Positions 40,888 to 49,886 of a DNA stretch of 64,000 nucleotides are shown piece by piece (position 1 is the first letter of the stretch; each line of letters begins with the position of its first letter). Location of the stretch: assembly GCA_963812015.1 (NCBI GenBank), contig CAWETI010000002.1, positions 288,001 to 352,000 on the forward strand, given 5' to 3'. A program made the translations under genes and the position numbers. The notes under the pieces were generated by a model. That model was given only the letters and a program-made list of their open reading frames with translations, was not told the origin of the DNA and made no database searches. The stretch is from an uncultured delta proteobacterium. GTDB taxonomy: Bacteria > Desulfobacterota > Desulfobaccia > Desulfobaccales > 0-14-0-80-60-11.

Positions 40888-41694
40888 CTAATAATAAACG
40901 GGTGACCTTTTTCCAAACAACTTGGCTATCTCTTTGATAATTTTTCTCCACCCAAGACTTCTCATTTCAGCAAAGGATAATTCACTAATAAGATGGCCCT
41001 CATACGTGAACACTTCTTCTGGTGTAACTTCTCTATCATGAAATAGATTTAAATACTCTCGCCTAACAAATATTGCATTACAATGTACATTTGCTAATAA
41101 GATGTACTGTTTACTAACTGCAAGCTCTGTCATGGATGAGATGCTTGTTCCTGTATAACCAGTAATACCCCACATGGATGAGATGCTTGTTCCGCTATTA
41201 TCAAAAACAATTGATGAACCTGGCTTATTCATACGTTTTATTCCAGGTTTATCACGTATGTTAATCTCGATTATGACAACTTTTGGCTGATAATTATCTA
41301 AAGATTTCCATATATGATAATCATCACCGTCAACATCAATTGACAACAAATCGAATTGTTTTGGAATAGGCGTTAAACCTAATATTTTATCGAGTCTATT
41401 TTCCCCTTCGGGTCTTACAAAAGCATTGACACAAAAAGTGTCGTAGCCTTTCATGTTTTCACGCAAAAGATTATATTTCAACGGATCTGCTTCAATCATA
41501 ACACCATGGTAACCTAAGTGTGAAATAAAGTAATATGTATTACTTTCAGATTTGCCATCCCATGCTCCAAATTCTACGCACCAACCCGTCTTATCAGGTA
41601 TTTTTGATAGAACAAAAGCCAGTAGTCCATCTTCACCTTGTTTAGAAAAAAATGATTTGCGGTGGCTGAGTAATTTTTCAACTGTATCTTTCAT
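40888..41694 (-). CDS. FkbM-like SAM methyltransferase
   Basis: SKQGEDG, VEFGAWDG and LLSIDVDGDDY. Confidence 0.8.
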   Translation of the reverse strand: MKDTVEKLLSHRKSFFSKQGEDGLLAFVLSKIPDKTGWCVEFGAWDGKSESNTYYFISHLGYHGVMIEADPLKYNLLRENMKGYDTFCVNAFVRPEGENRLDKILGLTPIPKQFDLLSIDVDGDDYHIWKSLDNYQPKVVIIEINIRDKPGIKRMNKPGSSIVFDNSGTSISSMWGITGYTGTSISSMTELAVSKQYILLANVHCNAIFVRREYLNLFHDREVTPEEVFTYEGHLISELSFAEMRSLGWRKIIKEIAKLFGKRSPVYY

Positions 41695-41835
41695 GAGGCG
41701 TCACGTTACGCATGGAAACCGCAGGCAGGCGGGGTTGAGCTGATCCTTGGCAGTTAAAACACAAAAGGCCCCATCTTGCGGACAAGGGCCTTCGGCTGTT
41801 AATACATACACCAAGCGAGCGTTCTGGTCTTTTTT

Positions 41836-42069
41836 CTAATATCCCGAGCGGTGAGAATAATGGCTCGAATGGCTCTCATGGCTCGAATGGCTTTCGTGTT
41901 GGCCGATTACGGTGTCTATGCTGCTACCAATGGACTTCCCGTGCTCCAGATAAAGGGGTGATTTGGCGCTAATGTCCGGTACCGCTGCCGATACAGTCGC
42001 TGCCGATATGCCGAAAAGAGCCACAAGACCTGCAAGAACGCCCATCACCTTGCTGGATAGGCCTTTCAT
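41836..42069 (-). CDS. hxsA: His-Xaa-Ser repeat precursor peptide
   Basis: C-terminal HESHSSHESHSSHYSHRS; AAGGAGG RBS; terminator-like hairpin at ~41763-41792. Confidence 0.9.
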   Translation of the reverse strand: MKGLSSKVMGVLAGLVALFGISAATVSAAVPDISAKSPLYLEHGKSIGSSIDTVIGQHESHSSHESHSSHYSHRSGY

Positions 42070-42262
42070 AAAACCCCCTCCTTCGCCTCTAAATAGCCAA
42101 TTTAGCAATAATTTTGGTCTGACATTACACTCATAAGATATATGCTACTCTTAAAAATTCAATATGCAAGCAATTTATTTCTTTATTAAATGGCAATCAA
42201 GGTAAGTCCGCAGTGCTGAAGCAAATCGGTTGACAGACTCGCCTCCACTCCCTCCTTCAATG

Positions 42263-43387
42263 CTATTGCGGGCAAATATGGGGGCTTTGATGCGATCCGG
42301 AGGTTGTGAAAATCCCACAGCACTTCGATTTAACTGAGCATCCTTCACATACTGGAAGGTAATCATTTTTCCATCCTGAAATTGACTGCCTTGCAAAACC
42401 CCATGCCTTCGATTCAATCAGGCATAGCGGGAGGTTATAAATTGAGACGCTCATGTCCGCACGGCTCAACACCCTAATTGCCCGTGAAAGCTCATGACGG
42501 TAGTCATGCGGGTCAATCCAAACAGTCTCGTAATGATCGCAAGCAAGTCCGGTTATCTCCATTCCCATGAAGGCGCAGTGTTTGATGAAGGGAAAGTTCC
42601 TTTGAATGAAGGTTGCAATGGACTCAAGGCGGTGAGCGTTGATACGGCTCACAACTACCCGGATTTCAATCTTCTCCCGAAAGCGAGCGAGGTTCTGGAG
42701 GCCCATTGCTGTCTTATAGAAGCTGCCTTTAACACCTACAATCCGGTCATGAACCTCATCCACATCACTATGCATAGAAACACAGGTAAGAAAATCTTTG
42801 GGTCTTAATGATACAAAACGCTTTGTGAACTCGAATTTGGCGAATGACTTGCCGTTTGTGAGCAGCATAACGGTTGAGTCCGGATGTCTTTTGTTGATTA
42901 TCCCCAGGATATCGAAAAAATCTTCCTTCAATAGGGTAGGTTCTCCGCCAGTCAGGCAGATAGCCTGAGTATTCTCAATTTTGACAAGATTAAGGATTTG
43001 TTTACTTGTCTCCGTTAAAGTTCTATCGTGTGCTTTCGGCGGTTGTGGACACATAAGGCAATGGCAATCACACATCTCCGTCAGAAGGAGCGAATTCGTT
43101 GGGGACTTTTTCTCACAAACAACCGATATGACGCCGTCCTTGCCGATACGAACGCAATCTCCCTCTTGCAGTTTTTCTAAAACTTCGCCAGAAACTTTAG
43201 TTTGTGGTAACAAGCTCTTATTTTTACTAGAGTCTTTCACTATCAGTCCCGCAAAGCCCCTTGACAGTAACGAAGTCTCTTCAGTTACAAGAACGCTGTT
43301 ACCTCGCGATAGAGCCAGCGGGTTGCGCGTCACCAAGCCAAGAATCGGGGTCTCTATGTTCTCTGCTATCCCTTTAAATTGTCTCAT
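42263..43387 (-). CDS. hxsC: His-Xaa-Ser system radical SAM maturase
   Basis: CDCHCLMCPQPP, TGGEP and SISGWKN; gene context. Confidence 0.9.
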   Translation of the reverse strand: MRQFKGIAENIETPILGLVTRNPLALSRGNSVLVTEETSLLSRGFAGLIVKDSSKNKSLLPQTKVSGEVLEKLQEGDCVRIGKDGVISVVCEKKSPTNSLLLTEMCDCHCLMCPQPPKAHDRTLTETSKQILNLVKIENTQAICLTGGEPTLLKEDFFDILGIINKRHPDSTVMLLTNGKSFAKFEFTKRFVSLRPKDFLTCVSMHSDVDEVHDRIVGVKGSFYKTAMGLQNLARFREKIEIRVVVSRINAHRLESIATFIQRNFPFIKHCAFMGMEITGLACDHYETVWIDPHDYRHELSRAIRVLSRADMSVSIYNLPLCLIESKAWGFARQSISGWKNDYLPVCEGCSVKSKCCGIFTTSGSHQSPHICPQ

Positions 43388-44847
43388 GCTTCTTTACCGC
43401 GCACTTCTTTTAAACTCCGACCAGAAATCCACGACCAGAATACATCCATTTCATCAGGGTCGTTGCGCTTGAGTTTTTTGAATAGCATATCGAAGATTAG
43501 CTTGTTCTTCTTGCAGAAATCGTTACCCGGACGTTTCCCCATAAGGTCGCCTGTCTCAAGATAATTGCGTACAGGGTAGGAACCGCAGTAGGTGCGATAA
43601 ACGCAAGAGCTGCAATAAGGCATGATCTCGACACATGACTTGCTGACAATCTCCCGGAGCAGTTCCCCTCCAAAAATGCTTTCATAGGAATCTTTGAAAA
43701 CATTTCCAAGGCAGAAACGGCGGTCGCCCATCCTGGCGAGCATGCGCGCCTCATCTGCGGGGAAAACATCTCCGTTGTAGTCATAAATCGCGCCTGAAAT
43801 GCCTGCACCTGATGGAGATTGGAGATCGACGAAACCAGTGGAAAAAGGTGTAAGGATACGAGTAAGCAGAAGGTTCGTGTAGAACTCTACAAACCTTGGG
43901 CCGTTAAGATTGAGTTGGACGATAAGATTAAGGGCTTTTTCGAAATTCTCGACAAAATGCTCTACGGGATACCCCAGATGCTCCGCGTTCTTGGCGGCTA
44001 AACCATAGGGATTAAGCGACCGGATAAATATCCCATTGAAGCCAAGCTGGACATACTCTGCAACAACCTCTTCCAAGTGGTCGATGTTATCTATAGTGGT
44101 TGTCATGAGGGCATTCACCTGACCACGAAGGAGGATGTCGAAGGCTTTGTAGAGGTTTTTGATAAACGCATCGTAGGTACCGCCGCCACTTCTCAGTATC
44201 CGGTTCTTGTCGTGAAGGTTCCGGGGGCCGTCAAGAGAGGTAGATATGTGTATGCCATGTTCTTTAAAGAACATTAGCTGTTGCGTGTCAACCATGACGA
44301 GATTGGTGCAAACGACGAAAACAAGATGCTTATGGTATTTCTGGTTAACCTTCTTCGCATAAAGGACAGTCTCTTTTAGCGTCTCCCAGTTAAGGGTAGG
44401 CTCACCGCCTTGGAACTCTATCTTTATCGAGGGGGAAGGGGATTTGAAAATATAGTCAACAACACGGCGAGCCACCTCAGGTGACATGTCAAAGCCCTTT
44501 GCGTCGTCCACTTCAGCGGTCACCTGGCAGTATGAACAAGCGTTGCAGCACTTCAGGGTGATGACCATCATGTGGAGAGAGGTGAAATTTGAGAGAAATC
44601 TTTTCCGAGTCCGGTACTTCGCTGAAACCATCTCCAGCGTTTCCGGCAAGTGTTCCGTATTGAGGAAATGCCTGCTCTTTAAGTCGTAGCAGGAGAGGGA
44701 ATCGGGGGTCAGGTCGCTCTGTATGAACTTATGGAAATCGTCCTTATTGAGGAAGATGTATTCGCCACTTTCGTTGACGAGCAAGTAGTCATTGCTGTTA
44801 AACCGAGAGAACTGGAATGGCAGTATGTTCTGCCGTTGGTCGTTCAC
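43384..44847 (-). CDS. hxsB: His-Xaa-Ser system radical SAM/SPASM maturase
   Basis: CCNACSYCQ, EFQGGEP, DLQSPSGAG and ADEARML. Confidence 0.92.
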   Translation of the reverse strand: MNDQRQNILPFQFSRFNSNDYLLVNESGEYIFLNKDDFHKFIQSDLTPDSLSCYDLKSRHFLNTEHLPETLEMVSAKYRTRKRFLSNFTSLHMMVITLKCCNACSYCQVTAEVDDAKGFDMSPEVARRVVDYIFKSPSPSIKIEFQGGEPTLNWETLKETVLYAKKVNQKYHKHLVFVVCTNLVMVDTQQLMFFKEHGIHISTSLDGPRNLHDKNRILRSGGGTYDAFIKNLYKAFDILLRGQVNALMTTTIDNIDHLEEVVAEYVQLGFNGIFIRSLNPYGLAAKNAEHLGYPVEHFVENFEKALNLIVQLNLNGPRFVEFYTNLLLTRILTPFSTGFVDLQSPSGAGISGAIYDYNGDVFPADEARMLARMGDRRFCLGNVFKDSYESIFGGELLREIVSKSCVEIMPYCSSCVYRTYCGSYPVRNYLETGDLMGKRPGNDFCKKNKLIFDMLFKKLKRNDPDEMDVFWSWISGRSLKEVRGKEA

Positions 44848-45188
44848 AGAGATTTTACTTCCTTGTGGAGGTCAAGAGGTGAAAAGGCATGGGCGACAAT
44901 CAGATCGCGTATCCTACCATTTATCTTGTCAAGCTGATGTCTGACCTGGTGGTCTATGAGAGCGTTGGCAAAATCTTTTAGATCTTCACTGACATCCCTG
45001 GCTTTGTCTTTCGCTTCGAAGATAACCGTCACCGAGTTGTCAACATTAGGGGTTATTAGGATATGGTAGCTGTCTGTAAATTGATAAGTAGCCGCGTGAA
45101 TGGCTTCGAGGTTGTAAATGCTGGTGTTAACGGTTATGTTGCCCCGTCCAGAACCGGAATCACAGATTAAATCTGATATTACTTGCAT
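44844..45188 (-). CDS. hxsD: His-Xaa-Ser system protein
   Basis: FANALIDHQVR..IRDLIVAHAF; overlaps the hxsB start. Confidence 0.8.
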   Translation of the reverse strand: MQVISDLICDSGSGRGNITVNTSIYNLEAIHAATYQFTDSYHILITPNVDNSVTVIFEAKDKARDVSEDLKDFANALIDHQVRHQLDKINGRIRDLIVAHAFSPLDLHKEVKSL

Positions 45189-45433
45189 GCGTTGCCCCCC
45201 TTCCGTGAATAGCATCCACCCTTCCATCCCTGTTGCGCAGCGGGTTTAGCTTTGTCTGAGATTCCAGCATAAGCCCACTTTTTCACAAATGTCAAAATTA
45301 TAATTTACATTTTTCATTAACTTTCATCTGGAAGTCCCCCTGCCCCCTTTGCTCCACTTCCTTGCAGGGACAGGCGGTTACGGTTAGAGAATAAGGTTAA
45401 CAAGGGTGAAGTAATTTTCCTCAGGATATTTCC

Positions 45434-45462
45434 TTGACAAGTATGACCAATGGTCATATATT
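45434..45462 (+). promoter_or_regulatory. Sigma70 promoter containing a palindromic operator
   Basis: TTGACA-17-TATATT; TATGACCA-A-TGGTCATA at 45442-45458. Confidence 0.75.
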
Positions 45463-45468
45463 AAGATT

Positions 45469-45669
45469 ATGACAGGGCAGGATTTAAAAAACTGGAGAAA
45501 AAAGTGGAGAATCACTCAGATCGAATTAGCCCGGTTGCTTGGAACCTATCAGGAAACCATCAGCCGATGGGAGGGGGGTAAGAGGGGAATTCCATCCCAT
45601 TTATTCCTAGCATTAGAGGCCCTGGAACACCGGATAATGAAAGGAGGCAAAGATGGCCTTACTGGTTGA
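45469..45669 (+). CDS. XRE-family HTH regulator
   Basis: ITQIELARLLG..TISRWEGG. Confidence 0.85.
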   Translation: MTGQDLKNWRKKWRITQIELARLLGTYQETISRWEGGKRGIPSHLFLALEALEHRIMKGGKDGLTG

Positions 45670-46741
45670 ATGTCCAGAGTGCAAGAAGCGGAATAGCCAG
45701 AGAGCGAAAAACTGCAAATGCGGTTTTGCTTTGGCGAAATTTTCAGGCCGGGTCTGGTGGATTGAGTATTATGACCATGATAAGCGGCTGAGACGGGAAC
45801 GGATCGGCCCCAACAAGGCGGCGGCAGAGCAACGGCTCAGGGAAATTTTGAGCGCCAGAACAGAGGGGCGGTACATCAAGAAAAGCCCTGATAGCCTCAC
45901 CCTCTTTAAGGAATTGGCCCATTGGTATCTTGACCTTCCCGAAGTGAAGGCGAAGCGGAGCCATGTGAGGGACCGTTACAGCGTGGAAAAGCTGTTACCC
46001 TTTTTTGGGGACCGGCTCTTAAAGGACATCACCCCAGCCATGGTGGAGGCTTACCGGCAAAAGCGTTTAGTGGAACCATCTTACCGAAAGCACTTGACCT
46101 TGCCTGCCACGGTTAACCGGGAAGTTACCTGCCTAAAGGTGATTTTCAATAAAGCAGTCAAGAATGGCAAGGCGGAAAAAAATCCGGTTCAGGGGTTGAA
46201 GCTGCTCAAAGAAAACAATGAACGGGACCGGATATTAAGCCCCGAAGAATATACTCTGCTGATAGTTCATTGCCCGGAGCATCTTAAGCCCATTGTGAAG
46301 ATGGCGTATTATACCGGCATGAGACAGGGAGAAATCCTCAATCTCACTTGGGACCAGGTGGATTTAAGAGAGGGTTTTGTCCGGCTGAATCCGGAGCACA
46401 CCAAGACCAACGATGGGCGACTTGTGCCTCTTACCGGGGAACTGGTGGATATGTTCAAGGCCATGCCAAGAGGCTTGCCGGGAGTGAAGGTGTTTACCTA
46501 CCAGGGAAAGTCTGTGTCCTGCATTAAGAAGAGCTTTGTTACGGCTTGCAAACGGGCAGGGATTGAGAGCTTTTGCTTCCATGATCTGAGGCACACGGCC
46601 ATTAATAACTGGCGACAAGCCGGGCACGACTATTTTAGAATCATGGCGGCCACTGGCCACAAGACTATGGAAGTGTTCAAGCGGTATAACACGGTCAGCC
46701 GCGATGAACTGAAAGCCCTGGTGAATGGAAAAACGGAATGA
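45653..46741 (+). CDS. Tyrosine integrase of the island
   Basis: TGMRQGE, FHDLRH, GHK..RY; adjacent to the tRNA. Confidence 0.95.
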   Translation: MALLVECPECKKRNSQRAKNCKCGFALAKFSGRVWWIEYYDHDKRLRRERIGPNKAAAEQRLREILSARTEGRYIKKSPDSLTLFKELAHWYLDLPEVKAKRSHVRDRYSVEKLLPFFGDRLLKDITPAMVEAYRQKRLVEPSYRKHLTLPATVNREVTCLKVIFNKAVKNGKAEKNPVQGLKLLKENNERDRILSPEEYTLLIVHCPEHLKPIVKMAYYTGMRQGEILNLTWDQVDLREGFVRLNPEHTKTNDGRLVPLTGELVDMFKAMPRGLPGVKVFTYQGKSVSCIKKSFVTACKRAGIESFCFHDLRHTAINNWRQAGHDYFRIMAATGHKTMEVFKRYNTVSRDELKALVNGKTE

Positions 46742-46809
46742 ATATTCACCTATATATTCACCAAGACAAAAAATGGGTTAACCAATAATGGCTAACCCAT
46801 TGAAATCTT

Positions 46810-46886
46810 TGGTGGGCGATGGGCGACTCGAACGCCCGGCCTTTGGTTCCGGAGACCAACGCTCTATCCACCTGAGCTAATCGCCC
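46810..46886 (-). tRNA. tRNA-Arg(CCG)
   Basis: 77-nt cloverleaf, anticodon arm TTGGT-CTCCGGA-ACCAA, TTCGA T-loop, encoded CCA. Confidence 0.97.
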
Positions 46887-46974
46887 ACGTAAAAAATCAT
46901 ATCAGATTCAGGCGCGCTGTCAAGGTGGATCAGCCCCGCACCGGGTTGGCCGGCATCACCTTCCCGTGGCCTGG

Positions 46975-48042
46975 TCAATTCCACAGCTTGATGGCGACAA
47001 AGGGTCCCTGGTTCACCGGGGGGGTCTCGCCCTGGGCCACCCACAAGACCCGGTCGCCGGGGGAAAAAACGGTGCAGACCGCGGTGCCGGCATTGGCGAT
47101 CTCAGGGTCGGCGAGAATTTTTTGTAAGTCCATGGGACCCAGTCGGCGGTCTGAGGCCAACTCCTGGAGCCGCCGGTCCCGGTCCTGGCTATAGGCCTCG
47201 GTGAAATGGTAAGAGGAGAGCACGGAATAGGGCGGGGGCGGCGGAAAACGCCCCTTCAGTCCCTGCATGGCCGGGCTTTGATAGTGATTGGTGACGGTGA
47301 GCAATCCCTGGTGCGGCTGGCGCCGGGCCCCGTGTCGGGCCGAGAGCTCCACCACCAGTGCCTCCCGGGGCCCGCACAGCAGGAGATTATTGCCGATGGT
47401 GCCGGCGTCCGAAAGGACGCGGTCGGCCACCGCGGTCACCGTGTTACCTTCCTCCAGGCCCCGGCGGAAGCGCAGGGCCGCCGGAGTCCCCTTGAGGGTG
47501 CGGTCCCGGCTCACGGTGGAGAGCTGAGCCAGGGCCACGCCGGCGGAGTTGATGCCGGTGCATACCCCCACGTATCCCGGCCAGGCCAGGGAGGCCAGGG
47601 GCTGACCCCGGTGAGGCGAAAGGAGAAACAGGGTTTGGCAGCGGGACAGGTAATCGGTGAATACCGGATAATCCAGGTTGCGCCCCATCAAATAAGCCCC
47701 CTGGTCGGTGTGTCGGTCTCCCACCGCCAGGGCCGAGCACCGGGGGCTGTTATTGGCCAGGTCATCCATGACATTAAGGAGCAGGATGCTTCCCAGGCTG
47801 ACTTCGGCCCCGGCGGCGATGGCGGCCATCTCCTGCTGGAGGTGGGGAGGGATGTAAGGCCAGAACCCCCGGGCCAACCACTTCAGGAGGCCATATAGGG
47901 GCAGAGCCCCGGCATACAGGCTGATCCGGGCCAGGTAGGCCAGAAGCACCCGGCGCAGCAGGCGGATGTCGGCGGCCAGGGTTTGCCCGTGGCGGCGCCC
48001 CAATTCTTGCGGCGAGCCCCAGATTTCCAGCGTGCGTAACAC
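46975..48042 (-). CDS. C45-family (Ntn hydrolase) peptidase/acyltransferase
   Basis: CSALAV nucleophile, GRNLDY, GINSAG and TNHY. Confidence 0.85.
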   Translation of the reverse strand: MLRTLEIWGSPQELGRRHGQTLAADIRLLRRVLLAYLARISLYAGALPLYGLLKWLARGFWPYIPPHLQQEMAAIAAGAEVSLGSILLLNVMDDLANNSPRCSALAVGDRHTDQGAYLMGRNLDYPVFTDYLSRCQTLFLLSPHRGQPLASLAWPGYVGVCTGINSAGVALAQLSTVSRDRTLKGTPAALRFRRGLEEGNTVTAVADRVLSDAGTIGNNLLLCGPREALVVELSARHGARRQPHQGLLTVTNHYQSPAMQGLKGRFPPPPPYSVLSSYHFTEAYSQDRDRRLQELASDRRLGPMDLQKILADPEIANAGTAVCTVFSPGDRVLWVAQGETPPVNQGPFVAIKLWN

Positions 48043-48206
48043 GTTTGTCTTCCCATGGGAGCCTGGCCCGGTAGAGCCCTGCCGGCTCCCCTGGTTAGCC
48101 TGGCGGATTCAGGGTTTCGGGCTTGGCGCCGCCACATCAGGCAGGCGGCGCGGTGATGCGGCCCGGCCGGGAGATCGGCTTGCGCCCTTTCGCCTCCCGG
48201 GAAACC

Positions 48207-48734
48207 TCACTTGGCCAGGGTGGCCAATTTCTTCAAATCCATCTGTTTGGCCGCCTCTTTTAACACCTCGAGATTGTCGATACCCTCACCGTCGATTTTT
48301 ACCCAGAACCGGTTCGCCACACTGATGCTCAACTCACCCTGCTTATCTTTGGTGCGATAGTTTTCCAGGGCCTTGAAACCCTGCACCTCGGTGGTGCGCA
48401 CGATTTCTTCGCTGCTCTCCATTTCCATTTGCTGTCCCGTCAGGAAGGGAAAAGGCTTCCCCAGGAAATCCATGATGATGACCTCCAGGGTCTTGTCCCC
48501 GGCCTTAAACGACACCCGGGCTTCACTCATCACCATTGGCCCCTGTTTCACGGTAGTGCCGCAGGGCTTGCCTTCCATGGCCCAGCCGGGGATTTTAATA
48601 TCCACGAAGGGCACCAGTTCTCTGAAATGGACCACCTCCGCCGAGGCCGGCAGAGCCAGACCGACAATCATGTATGACAGACCGAGGAGGGCCGCCACCC
48701 CGAATTTAGCCGTTTTGGCACGAAGATAGGACAT
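48207..48734 (-). CDS. Hypothetical exported protein
   Basis: Signal peptide; coding-like composition. Confidence 0.75.
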   Translation of the reverse strand: MSYLRAKTAKFGVAALLGLSYMIVGLALPASAEVVHFRELVPFVDIKIPGWAMEGKPCGTTVKQGPMVMSEARVSFKAGDKTLEVIIMDFLGKPFPFLTGQQMEMESSEEIVRTTEVQGFKALENYRTKDKQGELSISVANRFWVKIDGEGIDNLEVLKEAAKQMDLKKLATLAK

Positions 48735-48786
48735 GCTTGTTCCCTTTCTGTTCATAAGGATACTATGTTGGGAAAGCCCTGGTGTC

Positions 48787-49194
48787 TTAGGAGCCCTGCC
48801 GGGAAGACTTTAACCAGAACGCCGTGGCCAGGCCCCAAATCACCCCGAAAAAGGTGACCAGGAGCGGCGCCATATATCCCAGTTCCAGGCCCAAGAGGCC
48901 TTTCCCCATTTTCGGGAAAATGATCACCAGTTGGATCAGCGTCTGCCCCAGGCTATAAAAGGCGCCCCGCAGGTAACAGGACCCGGCCAGGGGCAGGAGA
49001 AACAGGAGAGCCCAGAGGCCGCCCCACACCAGGTGCTGATAGACCCACATGGGGGTCAACGTCGGCGTCATCTTGAATCCCAGCACGGCGTTAATGCCGG
49101 CGGCGCCGAAGCTCCAGGCCACGATGGATTTTACCAGGCCGCCAAAGGCGCCGGCGGCAAAGATCAGGCTGAGATTCCGACAAAAATTGTTCAT
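48787..49194 (-). CDS. Small membrane protein (paralog of the next gene)
   Basis: RNLSLIF..LVWGGLW..GLLGLELGYMAP. Confidence 0.8.
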   Translation of the reverse strand: MNNFCRNLSLIFAAGAFGGLVKSIVAWSFGAAGINAVLGFKMTPTLTPMWVYQHLVWGGLWALLFLLPLAGSCYLRGAFYSLGQTLIQLVIIFPKMGKGLLGLELGYMAPLLVTFFGVIWGLATAFWLKSSRQGS

Positions 49195-49387
49195 CTGAGT
49201 AGTGATCCCTCCGGCATGGGGAGTCGGCCGGTCACCGGGGTCCCGGTGCATGTGCATCACCTGGGGCGGATTGACGAAAATTTTAGACTATTTTTGGCCA
49301 AGCTCCAAAAGGTTTTAAGATCGGGGGGAAGATGGACCGGTTATATAAAGACCGGCCAGCCGCCCCCAACCCGCCCCGGCGCCTTTA

Positions 49388-49795
49388 CTATGGGCGCGCC
49401 CATTTCAACCACAGGCCCGCGGCATATCCCCAGATGGCATTGTAAAACACTACCAAGAGGGGGGTCAGATAGCCCAACTGCAACCCCAAAACGCCTTTTT
49501 CGGCCATGAAGGGAAACACCAGGAAGAGTTGCACCAGGGTGGGGCCCAGGCTGAAGATAAGCCCCTTGTCCGGCCAGGACCGCCGGCCCAGGGGCAGTAG
49601 AAACAACAGCCCCCAGAGCCCGCCCCACACCAGTTTAGGATAGAGCAAGGCCGCAGTCAACGGCGGGGCGATCTTGACCCCGAGGGCCGGGGCGATCCCG
49701 AGTAATCCAAAGAGCCACACCGCCAGGCCGTTCCACCAGCCCCCCCAACACCCGGCCACAAACACCAGGGAGAGGTTTCTCGTCGTGAGGTTCAT
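49388..49795 (-). CDS. Small membrane protein (paralog of the previous gene)
   Basis: RNLSLVF..LVWGGLW..GVLGLQLGYLTP. Confidence 0.8.
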   Translation of the reverse strand: MNLTTRNLSLVFVAGCWGGWWNGLAVWLFGLLGIAPALGVKIAPPLTAALLYPKLVWGGLWGLLFLLPLGRRSWPDKGLIFSLGPTLVQLFLVFPFMAEKGVLGLQLGYLTPLLVVFYNAIWGYAAGLWLKWARP

Positions 49796-49886
49796 GCCAT
49801 CCTCCGTAAAGCAATGAGCTGCGTCTGATAGAGGCTCCCCGGAAGGCGAATAACCCTCATGGGCTTCACCCTCCCGCCGGGTCGGG

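Larger units (their letters stand above)
23495..46854. mobile_element. ~23.3 kb tRNA-Arg-integrated genomic island (satellite/PICI-like backbone plus cargo)
   Basis: 45-bp direct repeats, integrase adjacent to the tRNA, identical 23-bp sequence at both ends (23691-23713 and 46740-46762). Confidence 0.9.
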
